This document shows, piece by piece, positions 51,269 through 64,000 of a stretch of 64,000 nt of DNA. The translations under genes were made by a program, and so were the position numbers. The notes under the pieces were generated by a model that made no database searches, had not been told where the DNA came from, and was given only the letters and a program-made list of their open reading frames with translations. Each line of letters opens with the position of its first letter. Within the stretch, counting starts at the first letter, position 1. Location: contig OZ024741.1 in the NCBI GenBank assembly GCA_964016885.1, positions 230,516,001-230,580,000 on the forward strand, read 5' to 3'. This DNA is from Eledone cirrhosa (Eukaryota).

Positions 51269-51331
<63 letters not shown>
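51269..51331. repeat. (AT)n microsatellite, right flank of the PLE
   Basis: Directly visible. Confidence 0.95.
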
Positions 51332-51339
<8 letters not shown>

Positions 51340-51376
51340 GGGAAGTAAGGTTCTCTACAAAACAGTCGATATAGAA

Positions 51377-51605
51377 AAAAGGTGAAGTTGGAAATAGTAT
51401 GGAAAATATATTTTAGGGTCTGTTTTTCTTTTTTCCCTGTCTTTGATTCGTCAAAGTGTATAATATATATTCTATATACTTTATATACATTATAAAACTT
51501 TTTTTTTAAAGAATTGTCCCTCTCATTTTTCCCATAATGTCACTTTGACGAATCAAAGAAGGAAACAAAAAAAGAAAAACAGACCCTAAAATATATTCAC
51601 CTTTT
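51377..51605. mobile_element. MITE-like foldback element
   Basis: 51405-51458 is an imperfect reverse complement of 51541-51597. Outer aaaaggtg/cacctttt also pair. Confidence 0.6.
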
Positions 51606-51959
51606 CGCTCTCTCTCTATACATATATATGTACTAGATTGAATAGATAAATAGAGAAACAAACAGACAAGCTGATGCATAGATAGACAGTGGTGTTATAC
51701 TTTCTCATTCCTTTTCCTTTTCGCATCTACCCCTGCCATACAGCCTCTTTAGTGCTAGTTCCAGGAAAATTACACTCAGTATACCATGTAAAGTAGTTTG
51801 CATTAAGAAAGTTATCCGATTAAGGACGATCTTAGTATGTGCTATAGTAGTTGCTCAGAAGGAGAAGAGACGTTAAACGGTGATGATAAGGATAATGAAA
51901 ATATATTCATATAACAACATCTTTTTGCATCTGATTTTCATACTTGCATGTGCTGGGTG

Positions 51960-52110
51960 GATCATTTGAATGCAGCCTCTCTCGACCTTCTGCGATCCAT
52001 CATCTGAGATCCACTCTCGCTAAGTCCGCCCAGGCCATATTTGGTCTTTCTCTCTTCTAGCACTCTTCCACTGGGAAATCCTGGCATTTTTTCACCCAGC
52101 GATGTCAGGT
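51960..52110 (-). mobile_element. RTE-group LINE C-terminal remnant
   Basis: RWVKKCQDFPVEEC*KRERPNMAWADLARVDLR resembles the G-R-RGRP..W motif at RTE C-termini. Confidence 0.45.
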
Positions 52111-53649
52111 GTGAGGTGTGGTTTGGTGGTAGTTTGAATTGGTGACTTCGGATGTTAGAGAAGATGGAAGATTGTTCACTGTATTTTGTATCTGCTGGTT
52201 GCAAGCTGACGAGGGATAATAGAAATATTTTGCTTTAAAATATGTATTGGCAAATATGCTCTCCTGGTAATAACGGATGTTAAGTCCATTTATATGCACT
52301 AGCCGACGGAGGGATTTATTTTTGTCATTTTATAACAAGAAGGAAAGGGAAGAAAAGAAACAAGGTTTGTGTTTGTTCACCTCTTGCCCCAAGACCCAAT
52401 ATAAAATAAATCATAATCCACATCAAATCAAAACAAAACATTACATATGTGGAATTGAAAAGAACTAACCAAAGTTAGAAACTATGCCAAATTACCATCG
52501 AATACATCACAAAAAGTATATATAATGGTACACATGGTAGATTAATGTTTTCTCCGCTAGTGAGTTTCCCCAAGATGTTGATACTTTTTTGATGGGCATT
52601 CTTATAAAAAAGGTTTAATAGCAACACTTACACAGGAGAATCAGCTGCCCATTGGAGAATTTTTCTCTAACAAACCACCATAGAAGGGGCCTTATCCCCT
52701 GACATAAAAAAAAAAAAATTACTAGAATTTCACCAAATTTCAAAATGGCGAAAGTCAATGATCTTGCATCTTCGGTCAAAGAACGCATTAGAGCTCCACT
52801 CACAGAAGTTGATTCAGCAGCCAGCCTGACAGCTGAGATAGGTAGCAGTAAGAACTATCACTACCATTAACAAGAGGAAGGTGACGACAACAACAGTAAC
52901 AATAACAACACCAGCAATAACAACATATATGTGTATACACCATCATCACCTACGAAAATACTATTACTACTGCCACTACTAATAAGAAATCATCCGTATA
53001 CGGGTATTATGCATAATCCCTAACAGTTGCGTTCGTTTCAAGCGAGGGAGTGAGGGCTTCTATGCGGTTGCTTGACCTGCTGGAGGTAGTGGCCAAATCT
53101 CTTTCAGGTAACACCGCACCCGCCTGAACTGAAGAAGGACTCTTTTATAGAAAGCTTCGGGCCCCAGTGTGGGCCCAATCCAGACACTAAATGGGATTGG
53201 GTTACGGGGGAAAATATGTGTGGGGATTGAGTGAACGAACTTTCGATTTAACATTGTGTCCGTTATCACACGTGACACATGTCTCGTGAACGGATCACAT
53301 ACATTTTCTTTTCCTCCACAGTCTCTGACACTTCTCGGAATTCTCCAGTTTCGGCTTCATCTCTTCGGTGCGTTAGCATCTTTCGCTTCCAGTTTTGTAC
53401 TTTTGTCGAATTTGCCGTTTTGAATGCATACACACGGCATCCATCTCGGCACTTATTCGTTTCGGTGCATCTCAGGGCCTCGGGGATCCTTTTTCAATCT
53501 TCGATGTTCTCTATCCTTCGTCTTTGTAACTCGCTATTCTAAAAAATATTATTTTTTTTATTTTTTTTCTCTCTCCTTTTTATTTTCCTTCACTGTTATC
53601 ACACTTGCTGCTTTGTCTGCCCGGACACGTACGGCACTCGTCTCAACAT

Positions 53650-56160
53650 TATGCGTGCACTCGCCCCCAGGCACAGTTTACAATCCGCCTTTCTAGCTCG
53701 TTTCCAAACTCCTATTCCGTGTGATCCAGTTATCTCTTTTTACCCATATGGCGGAAGATTTGACTTCCCACCTCTCCCCAACCGTCCACTCCTCTGGAGG
53801 TTGAGCGGTACCACTCGTGCACCACGCACAACAGCCGCAAGAGAGGAAGAAACTGCTCCAACATGCCTATCCATGTTCACGGGCACTCGACCCAACGGGG
53901 ACCTGAACCCACTCGATTCGGACGAGTGTCTGCTGGCGATCTCCCGCCATAGGCAGTCGCGGAAAGTCATTACGAGGATCCCCAGGTCTGCCCGCACTCC
54001 CGTGGCTGAACCGCTAGCGACTTCACTCGACCGAGCGCTTGACTCGGGCGATGCAAATGACTGGACCAGTCTGTTCAGTTTTGCTATTCTCGTACTCGGA
54101 ATCCTGTTGGTCGGCAACCAGACCATGAGAGACAGATCTGGCCCCTTCCTTTGCTTCAAGGTTCAAGGGTAATGTCACCTCTTTCTGCGACTCTTCACTC
54201 GCGAGCCTCTGGGCACTTTTGTGTGCCCACCAGTGCCCACACAACGCCCCCAATTCATCCACAACAGCACGAGACGTCTCCCTACCAGATTCAACCTCAA
54301 ACTTCACGTTTCGTACGGAAGACCGAGCTCACTCATGGCCGCCCACAACAGTGTTACTTCCGCCAGAGGTGTCCATCAGGGGGATCCACTCGGCTTGTTC
54401 CTATTCGCGCTGGCAGTCGACGAGGTAGCCCGGTCGGTCCGGTTACCCATCAAGGTCTGGTACTTCTACGTCTGGTACTTCCACGACTGCAACTGAGACG
54501 GTAGTTGAGGATCTTCGACAAATTATCCCAGCACTAAAGCTCCTTGAGCTTGAGATCAACCCAACCAAGTCTGAGGTGACCAGCATCAACCATGGAGCGG
54601 CCGAATTCCACAACGCCCTACTATGCTTCCATTCCATCCTGGCCGGGGCTCGGCTGACACCCAAGGAATATGCATGTATATTCGGCTCCCCCATTCTCCC
54701 GAAAGCCATAACAAAATGTCTAGTGACCAAGCAGAGAAGCTGCGCCACATTGACGCACTTCCCATGCTCTTACTCTTGAGGAACTGTTTTGCCCTCCTCA
54801 AATTCACATTTACGTTGCGCGGTGCGCCTTACAACCCCCACGCAGATCTTCTCGGGGAACTTGATGTCATCATTCGACGCTGTGCAGAACTCATCTGTAA
54901 TATCAGTCTTGACAGCGCAGGCTGGCAACAGGCGATACTCCAAGCGACGTTCGGTGGCCTCGGCCTCCGAACGGCTTCGGACATAGCTTTATTTGCCTAG
55001 TACTCCTCTATCTCCTCCTATCGTGCTCTCATCAGCAAGGTTCTCAGCCAGACGGCCGAACCTGTCCAGGCCCCTGAGATGGAACAGGCTCTCGTCTACT
55101 GGACAGGCGAAGGCCTTTCTATCCCCAAGTATGCTATGGTACAACGTAACTGGGACGACATCAATTGCAGGTCTTCTGTCAGGCGGATCGAGTCTGGCTT
55201 GGACCAACATCACCTCGCATGCCTCCGTTCCGTTTCTCAGCCCAACAGCGGCAGGTGGCTAAATTCGGTGCCCTCCCCATCAGCCGGTACCCTTCTTAAT
55301 GATGAGTGAACTCGCATTGTTGTAGCCCAACACCTTGGCCTCCGCGTGGGTGCGCGCCACATAAATGCTGCTGCAGGGTGGTTGTTGACAAGTTCGGACT
55401 GCACCTTCTGTCTTGCTGCCGGAGAGTAGGCTCTTTCACCCCGACACGCAGCTCTCAACGACATGTTGAGAAGAAGCCTTGGCGCAGCTATCTTTCCATC
55501 TCAACTGGAGCCAGCAGGCCTAGTCCACGGAGATGGCAAGCGCCCCAACGGAATCACACTCTTGCCATTCGAAGGTGGTAGATCCCTCATCTGGGACACC
55601 ACCTGCTGCGATACGTTCTCCGCCTCAAACTAGTAGCTTTGGCCACAAAACCCGACATAGCGACCAGCCTCGCAGAAGAACGCAAAATAAATAAATACCA
55701 GGGTTTGTCCTACCGCTTCCTCTTCGCACCGGTCACCGTCGGGACTTCAGGCTTACTTGGACCCCGTACTGCCAAGCACCTTCGCAGGATCGGATCATCG
55801 GCGGCCCGTCTGAGGAGGGAACCCAGCAAGGTTCGGTGGCTGTTGCAGCTAGTCTCACTGGCCATCGCGTGCGGGATGCTTTGCTGTCTTTTCCTCGGGG
55901 CGCAGTACTACTTTTCCCCTTGCCATAGGCCCAAAGTCCAATCAACCTTCTCCTTCACACCTTCCCTCTCTTCTGCGTCAACAGAGCTCTTGGCATCTCC
56001 TCCCATTTCCCGTTCCATTTCTTTCTTTTTTCTTTTTTTTCTATATTTCCCTATTCTTTTTTTTTCATTTTGTTTCATCTTTTATTATTGCCGTTATTAT
56101 AGTTGTCATCATTATAATTATTGTTACTGTAAATAATATCATGTCGATTAAAGACTACGA
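53650..56160 (+). mobile_element. CRE-clade non-LTR retrotransposon, degenerate and internally deleted
   Basis: RIPRSAR, GVHQGDPLGLFLFAL, FGGLGLR, WLNSVPS, Cx[50 protein letters not shown]. Boundaries approximate. Confidence 0.85.
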
Positions 56161-56407
56161 AATAAATTAAGTAAATCCTCATTAAGTTCGTAACACCTTT
56201 AATTTTATGTTACTATTGTTTCAAAACTTGAAAACATACCATTAAACACAAACCAAACTAGGGAGATAACTCTTATAAACTTATGAATAACTAAGGGAGG
56301 GAACTTGCCCAAATTACTCAAGATAGAAACAGTGATGCATAAAATACGTTGTTGAAAAGAAATGAAACACACAAAACACACACACACACACATACATACA
56401 TGCATGC

Positions 56408-56489
<82 letters not shown>

Positions 56490-56810
56490 ATACTTGGGGA
56501 GGGTCATATTTGTGTAATATTGCCAGAATTAATAACGGAACACACTCACTGTTTGGTTGGTTTTCGCTTCTCGCTGTCTTTTATATCGGTAATCTAACTT
56601 ACTCGGTCCTCAATATTGCCATTGACTGACCGACGGTCAAAAATAATACAGATACAATATAGACACAAACACATATATATAGTTTATCATAAATCTTTCG
56701 TTGCACATCTGCAACATCGTCAGTGGTGTTATATTTTCCTCCTGTTGTGTTGTATGTCTACGCCATTTTTATTCAGTCTGTCTATATATTTATATATATA
56801 TATATATATG

Positions 56811-56864
<54 letters not shown>

Positions 56865-56992
56865 CGTGTGTGTATAGTAATAATAATAAATGTGAAGACT
56901 AAAATCCGAAGAGGGCTCGATATGGATGAAAGCAGTGATTCTTTGCTTAAACTTTAATCTGTTATTTTAATATATATATATATATATATATA

Positions 56993-57215
56993 TAGGGTGT
57001 CCCCAAAGAGTGTTCTCACTCTTTAAATTACAATATATATCTTGTTTGCAAATGTTCAAATTGACAACCGCCGCGTTCAAACACAGCCGATAAAGAGGAC
57101 CAATGGATCCAATACTGTTACAAATAATTTAATTTGGAACTACCAGATATTATCTATCCATGTCTCTTTCAGTTCATCGCCTGTTGCTGGTTTTGAGCCA
57201 TAAACGTAATACACT
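56993..57215 (-). mobile_element. Tc1/mariner-type DNA transposon end
   Basis: TA|TAGGGTGTCCCCAAA resembles a mariner TIR start. The minus strand reads YVYGSKPATGDELKETW, similar to a transposase C-terminus. Confidence 0.55.
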
Positions 57216-57379
57216 TGATATTCAATTTATCATAAAATACGTGTGGTGCGATAAATAAAGATATACATATACATCAGGTCAGAACACAAAGGAACCAAAC
57301 TCCCACCGTCACTGCCTCCGTCTCTCAGGGTATTCCGATCTTTTACTATTATGAACAAATGAGGTCCCACACGCTGGCC

Positions 57380-57690
57380 GCCCCGGTGTCCGGTGGATAG
57401 TTAGAACGAAAACGTTTCTCCGGAGGATAGTAAGGGAGATGCGCTGGAAGAACGGTTCCAACTCGGGAGGATCACACACGTGGGCGCCAACTCTGTATCG
57501 ATAGTGGTGAAATATCCACATAAAAAGAACTCCATTGGATTGAGATCTTGATAACTTGCGGGGTATTCAAAGTACCTCTTCGCTCATCCATCAGCCCGGA
57601 AAAGGTTGCTTCGAGATACGTCCTTACAGCAATGGTGGTGTTATTAGGAATTGCAACATTCTCTTCGACGCATCAACCGACGGACTTCTA
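57380..57690 (-). mobile_element. CRE-clade LINE 3' remnant
   Basis: DPPELEPFFQRISLTILRRN resembles the CRE C-terminal FQRISxAIQRGN motif. Confidence 0.5.
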
Positions 57691-57890
57691 CATAAACTTT
57701 AAACAGTCCCCGTGACAGTTTGGTAAAAAAAAAAAAAAAAAAAAGATTAGCTCTAGGATGGCCTAGGTTAAACTATCTTATATTATATATATTATTTTTT
57801 TACTCAGCCCAAACCTGTGTATTTGAACTACAAATGTATTTCATAGTTAGATATGCATAGGTATCTAAAATGTGCATATATATATATATA

Positions 57891-58614
57891 TACAAATATA
57901 AATTAGCGAAAATCGTATTTCGGCTTTGGAAATTAGCGAAAAACAACTTCCGAGATGTGTGGCAAGCGCTCAATAATTCTAACGAACCAGAGCTACAACA
58001 TAAGTTAAAAGGCCAAACACATTGAGACGATGGTTAACCCATTATCCGCACAGCTATAGAAACGACCAAGTAATTCGAGTCAAATAAATAAAAAAATATG
58101 ATTGAAAAATTTACCCGGACCTCTGGATGGTTGGTAAAAATCCAGCATTTGGGTTTCTGCGACTCCTAAATCACGTACTGTCCGCTTAGACAAATAATGT
58201 TAGGCTTCTGGTAGGATGATTGAAAAAGGAAGTCACTTTCTCAACAGACTTTTAGTTCAAGTGCCAAGCCAAGGATTGACCGTTACCAATACCCACGTGG
58301 GGCTCGACAAGGGAGGCAACCCTTATTTTTGGCGGATGAATTCAGTATGTGTATATTATTGCAAAATTGCAAAATGTCACAAAACGAATTAAGTTCTCAA
58401 CAGAATGGTTTTAAAGTTAACAAAAGCTATTCATCAGTCAATAGAATCAACTAAAAAAAATCAAGAAAATTAACTGGTCAATAGCTAGACTATGGAGATT
58501 AATACAAATATAAATTAGCGAGAATCGTATTTCGGCTTTGGAAATTAGCGAAAAACAACTTCCGAGATGTTTGGCAGGCGCTCAATGATTCTAACGAACC
58601 AGAGCTACAACATA
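57891..58614. repeat. Element bounded by 112-bp direct repeats (57891-58002 and 58503-58614) within (AT)n
   Basis: The repeats differ at about 4 positions, offset 612. (AT)n lies on both outer sides. Confidence 0.85.
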
Positions 58615-58629
58615 TATATATATATATAC

Positions 58630-59268
58630 AAATAAAGAGAGACAAACACAGCTCGTTCGTTACACCAATATGTGACCTCCTCAATGGCTATCGATATTTT
58701 GTGCCTCTTCTTTTTCTGGTCTTACACTTCTATTTCATTTTGTCATTATGTCGTTATTTCCTTTTGTGTTGCGTTGTTCGTTTCGTCTTTATGCATGCTT
58801 TTGTGTCTGCGCTTTCGCCTCTGTGTGTGTATGTGTTTGTGGTTTATCATATCTATTTATGTTTTAAGTGTGTGTTGGTTTTTATCGTTACTGTTTTGCT
58901 GTTGGTGTCTTTTTTTCTCTCTTTTTTTATTTTGTCTTCAGTCGTTAAGTTATTGGCCGTTACTATTCCAATCTTGTATTCTGTTTTGACTAGGTCTATT
59001 TTCTATTATGTGAGTGTCCTCAGTAATTTGTTGCGTCAGTTCTATGTGTGGATAGGATCTTTATTTCTATCTTATTTATTCATCTCCCGGGACTAATTTC
59101 ACATGTTGGTATAGTACTGATGAGCTTTTCTCCTCCATAAGTCCGCGTCAGTGTTTTTTACTCCCTTCCATATGATACGGAATGTTTCTCCTATGTATAT
59201 CGTTGTCTTGTGTTTGCATCGTCCCTCTGTATATCTTATTTTATAGACTACATTTGTAGTTTTGCAGA
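58630..59268 (-). mobile_element. PLE 3' fragment (GIY-YIG endonuclease + UTR)
   Basis: Minus strand CKTTNVVYKI...IYIGET..., then SSVLYQHV. It ends at (AT)n. Decayed hammerhead-like ttgagga-ggtcac..gtgtaac-gaacg near 58650-58685. Confidence 0.65.
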
Positions 59269-59269
59269 T

Positions 59270-60915
59270 TCGGAACTATTTAATCGATCTGTCCTTCCTG
59301 CGCCCGACGACGTTGTTCGATGAATGGACTTGTCTCTTCAGGTACATAGCTGCTGGCCCACCGACTTTTCTTGGTTAATCTTTGCTATTGATATCGTTTC
59401 GTATTCCCCGAGAGGACTGAAGAATATCTCAATAGGTTTGCTGCTCGACATTACTACGGTGACTTTATCGGCATATGCTGATACAGATCTTCCACATCCT
59501 AGATAGCATGGGATCTCCCTCAACGTATCCAATTTGTGTAGTAGAGAGTCGAGAGTCAATGCACACAAGAGAGATGAGAGAGGACAAGCTTGTCGAAAAG
59601 AACGCATGATATTGAAGGGTTCTGAGTGGTAGCCATTCGCTATAATCAGTGAACAGATATTGCTGTGCATTACAGAAAGCCATCCTCTGAATAAAAGCCC
59701 GAAGCCCACTGATTTGAGGACTCGTCAAATACATATATGGTCAATGCTATCGAAAACATTTGATTGATCTAAGTTGTTCAAGGCGCTACCCGTGCCAAAA
59801 TCATTTATCCACCCTCTCTAAGATGTATCGCATAATGTAGAGGTTGTTGTGAATGAATCTAACCTACCAGACCAGATACGACAAGCGCCAGCCTCGTCAC
59901 ACATACATTAGCCACATTTTGGCAGATTACGTCCCTGAAATTATCTATATAGTCCCCTCTTTTCGGATACTTTTTCCATCAACACCAACGTCCTTCGGCG
60001 CACAGAACTGGGAATTCTCCCGTTTTGCTGTCTGTTGGCATAGATATCCGTTACGTTGTCGCCGAACACATCTGGTTTATTTCCGTAACGGTCGTAGGGC
60101 AGACCATCCAATCCAGGCGATGTGCATCTTGTGCAGTTAGGTATCGTGTCCTGGCCGTTATCGGCTTTTCGCAACGCTCCGCCTCTATTGCCGAGAGTCG
60201 TGGCAAACCATCGAGTTAAGAACTAAAGCCCATCCCCGATTCGACCTATCACCGTTCCTGAATATGTGTGCGAAATGTTGCTGAAAACTCCAGCACACAT
60301 CTGCTTGGCATCGAGTAACATGCACCCGTCATCATCATCCACGAAAGACCAAATTGTGGCTTTGTTGCCACGCCACGCTTCCACCACTCGGTCCCATTGA
60401 TCTCACTTAGCTCTGACAGTGCAGTCTTCGTGCTTTGCATTGAAATATTCGTCCAGCGCCAATCTGGCTGCAAGCATGTCGGCTGCGATACCCTCTCTAA
60501 TTGCTGCTTTGAGCTTTCTAACTAATTCTCCCCATGGTCTAGCTGTTTCTATCACATTTCTTTACTAAACCTTAACGATTCTAATCTACTTGCTCTGTTC
60601 AGGGCGAACCACAATCTGTTGTTAATGATTACCATCGTCAAGGCTCGCTTAACTAATTCACTTATCCTGTTTCTGTCATTTATATGTACCGGAGACGAAA
60701 CATTTGGCTTTCATCAATCAGGTCCCTGTGCATAAAACCTATCGGAGTCGACTGTACAGGTCACAGATTTATTGTCTGTGTAGTTGACTTCTTCGAATTG
60801 TAGACAATCTATAATAGAGCTATCTATTCACTACAGCATATCCAGACGCCTGAAGAAATCAGGCCACCATGCCCCTGTCGGGGCATAGAGTCCCACTAAA
60901 CTAAAATGATGCTCT
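59270..60915 (-). mobile_element. L1/Tx1-clade LINE ORF2 segment (end of EN to RT), inverted
   Basis: SPGLDGLPY, RSFRQACPLSSLLCALTLDSLL, SAYADKVT, AKINQEKS. Confidence 0.8.
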
Positions 60916-60919
60916 TCCC

Positions 60920-61330
60920 TGCGGGTTACGTCTAACCTCTGAGCCCAGGAAGATAGACTTTAACTTGAAATCCAAGGTAGCCACTCAGAAATTGGCCAAG
61001 AGAAAGCTATCCCTGAAAGTCATGTGGAGGTGGCGAACGCGTACATCGCGTCCATCTTCTACTACTACCTGGCCGTCGCTCCTTGCCCTAAGCCTCCTCT
61101 AATTGCACTGGAGCGTTTGTTCTTTCGTTTGTTGTGAAAGGAATGCACTCCGATGGTCAGGCGATCCAACTGCTGTCAACACCCGCTACGTGGAGGACTG
61201 GGCATGCCGTGGCTGATGATGAACTGAGACTACGACATGTCCAGATTTTCCTAGACGGCGAACAGGTGTGGTCGCCTTTCGCTAAGCCCGATTTTCCTCG
61301 GCATGTTTCCTTGGCGAAGCTGCAATCCTA
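60920..61330 (+). mobile_element. L1/Tx1-clade LINE segment immediately downstream of the RT core
   Basis: RKLSLK, VEVANAYIASIFYYYLAVAPCP, LERLFFRLL*K, QHPLRGGLGMPWL. Confidence 0.75.
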
Positions 61331-61800
61331 GCTCAAGTGAAAAAGCCAAACTCGCTCTCTTCTATTCGGTATTCATGCCAAAGCCAACCTATGGTCCCGA
61401 ATCTTGGGTAGTGACGGAAAGAATACGATCACTAATACAATCGGCTGAAATAGGGTTGCTCCGAAGAATTTGGAGTAACCTTACTCAATTGGGTGCGTAT
61501 CTCAGAGATTAGGGATTGACGCCAGGTAGAGCCTCTACCTCTCTGAATTGAGAAATCACAGCTCCGATACGCTGGGCATGTGGTGAGAATGTCTCAGGAA
61601 ATAAAAGCCGGACAGATTTAAGAGCAACATCAACAGGTACAAGACCTAGGGGCAGACCCGAGCAAGATGTTTGGATAAACATCCATGAACTTGGCTGGTG
61701 TTGGTTGGAGATCCAGCCAGATCAGTTAGGGATAGTTTTAAAGAGTCTGTCCCTACGGCCATCTCATGAATATGTTGGCGAATTAGAAGAAAAGAAGACA
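61330..61800 (+). mobile_element. RTE-group LINE 3' fragment
   Basis: KAKLALFYSVFMPKPTYGPESWV..IQSAEIGLLRRI, SQLRYAGHVVRM, RPRGRP, (AGA)n-like tail. Confidence 0.75.
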
Positions 61801-62273
61801 TTTCTTTTTTCCATTTTGTAATTTTGTCATGTTTTCATTTTTTCAAATTTTCATATTTCTAGTTTTCATTTCCCCTTCTCCATTCTTTATATTTTCAGCT
61901 TTTTCATTTCCTCCTTACCTCCTTTATTGCTCGTACATTATAACTTAAATGTGCTTAACACCCACACCACCCCGCGACAACAACTATCATCATCATATTT
62001 CATAATATCTATATTTTCATAATCTTCATTGTAGTTAATTCCTTTATATCTCTATAATTTATATTCACATATCTTAGATATTTCACATACTAAGTTAACA
62101 CCAAATGCCACCCTGCCACCACTCTCTCATTCTCCCATGATAGGTACTGTAATTTTATATTTGCATAATCTTCATTTTACTTCTTTAATTTTATATTCTT
62201 TACTAATCCCCACTACATCAACAGCCCTGCCATCACCACCACTATTCCTCACAGTACCCATACACCCACCAGC

Positions 62274-62516
<243 letters not shown>

Positions 62517-63430
62517 GACGTAAAATAAGAAAATTATAAAAATTAACTTACTAAAATTTCACTCCAACTAATTAGTTTCTGAAAGGGAATAAACATGGTT
62601 TCCGAAGAAACGCACGGAGAAATCCTTTTGTCATCAGGGAAGTCTATTCTCAACTAAATTTCCAGGCAATGCGTGGACACAGGGAATTTATACAAAAATA
62701 ATTCAGTGGATGGAAAAAAGCAAAGCGTGGACTAAGTTCCAAGACATTGAAAAAATCACTGCCTACTCGGTCGGTGGCAAATTCAAAAGAATCAATCACG
62801 TGACGTCGAGGTTAATCAGTGAGGAGCGGTTTGTTAAGATGACAGCAGTCGAACCATTACTATGAACTATAGTAGCAGTTTTGGCAAATTTTTGCTCAAC
62901 AAAATAATTTGGAGATAATTATAAAGAATTAGTATATCTACTAACATATATATACAGATGCATACCTATGCTAGCAAATATATAGGTTTTGTCTTAGTAA
63001 CTTTGTGGTTCAATGCATTTCATTCCTCACACTTAGTACAGCTGATACTTAAATGTAAGTATGTATGTATACGTACATACATATATGTATACATACGTAC
63101 AGTAGTATGTATATATATACATACATGCACACATACATATATGTACGTATGGGTTTACAGAATATTTATTATCAAGTTCGGTTTGTTTATAAACAAGCAA
63201 CTAGCCCGAATTACGCCGTACAGTCTTCAGGCAACCATCGTCGCCTTTTTGTTCAACACTGACACAGGAACGATGTACTAGTTTCACGTTTATTAGCTAT
63301 CGTCAGCATCGTATACCTTCCTGCCAGATGATTGAACGTCTGAAAGTATAAACTTTCCTTATGCATATTAACGGCTGAGCAGCCTAATTTGCATACCGAG
63401 TGAGTTAGTCGGCCGGGCGCACAGAAAACG

Positions 63431-63902
<472 letters not shown>

Positions 63903-64000
63903 AAATATAGAGAAAAATACTGCAGGTAGCACATGGATAACATGAAATAAAATGAGTCCCTCATCAGTGATTTGCCGACGATCATAGATATTTCATTGCA

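Noticed and set aside
63195-63240. Minus-strand cctgaaga as a hammerhead core
   Set aside because: No GAAA box and stem I does not pair.

Overview
AT-rich eukaryotic (metazoan) genomic DNA made almost entirely of transposon relics and microsatellites. I found no host gene. The SINE/RTE repertoire and the (AT)n/(TACA)n stacks suggest a cephalopod such as Octopus, which is an inference. The dominant structure is a near-identical direct tandem duplication of about 23.3 kb: copy 1 is 1455-24763 and copy 2 is 24764-48060. Each copy holds RTE and R4/Dong-type LINE fragments, two head-to-head Penelope-like elements (PLEs), an internally deleted Helitron with both termini and a 46-bp minisatellite, and the 3' part of a third PLE. 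That third PLE (46386-51268, Hydra-clade-like) has an uninterrupted RT + GIY-YIG frame and a 1.7-kb inverted repeat. It also carries a hammerhead ribozyme motif with a branched insertion in stem II. The duplication breakpoint lies 33 bp from the inner end of the inverted repeat. The last 13 kb contains a MITE-like foldback, CRE-clade LINEs, a Tc1/mariner end, a direct-repeat-bounded element, a fourth PLE fragment, an L1/Tx1 element with twin-priming-like inversion and an RTE fragment. All comparisons were by eye, and clade calls come from remembered motifs rather than searches.
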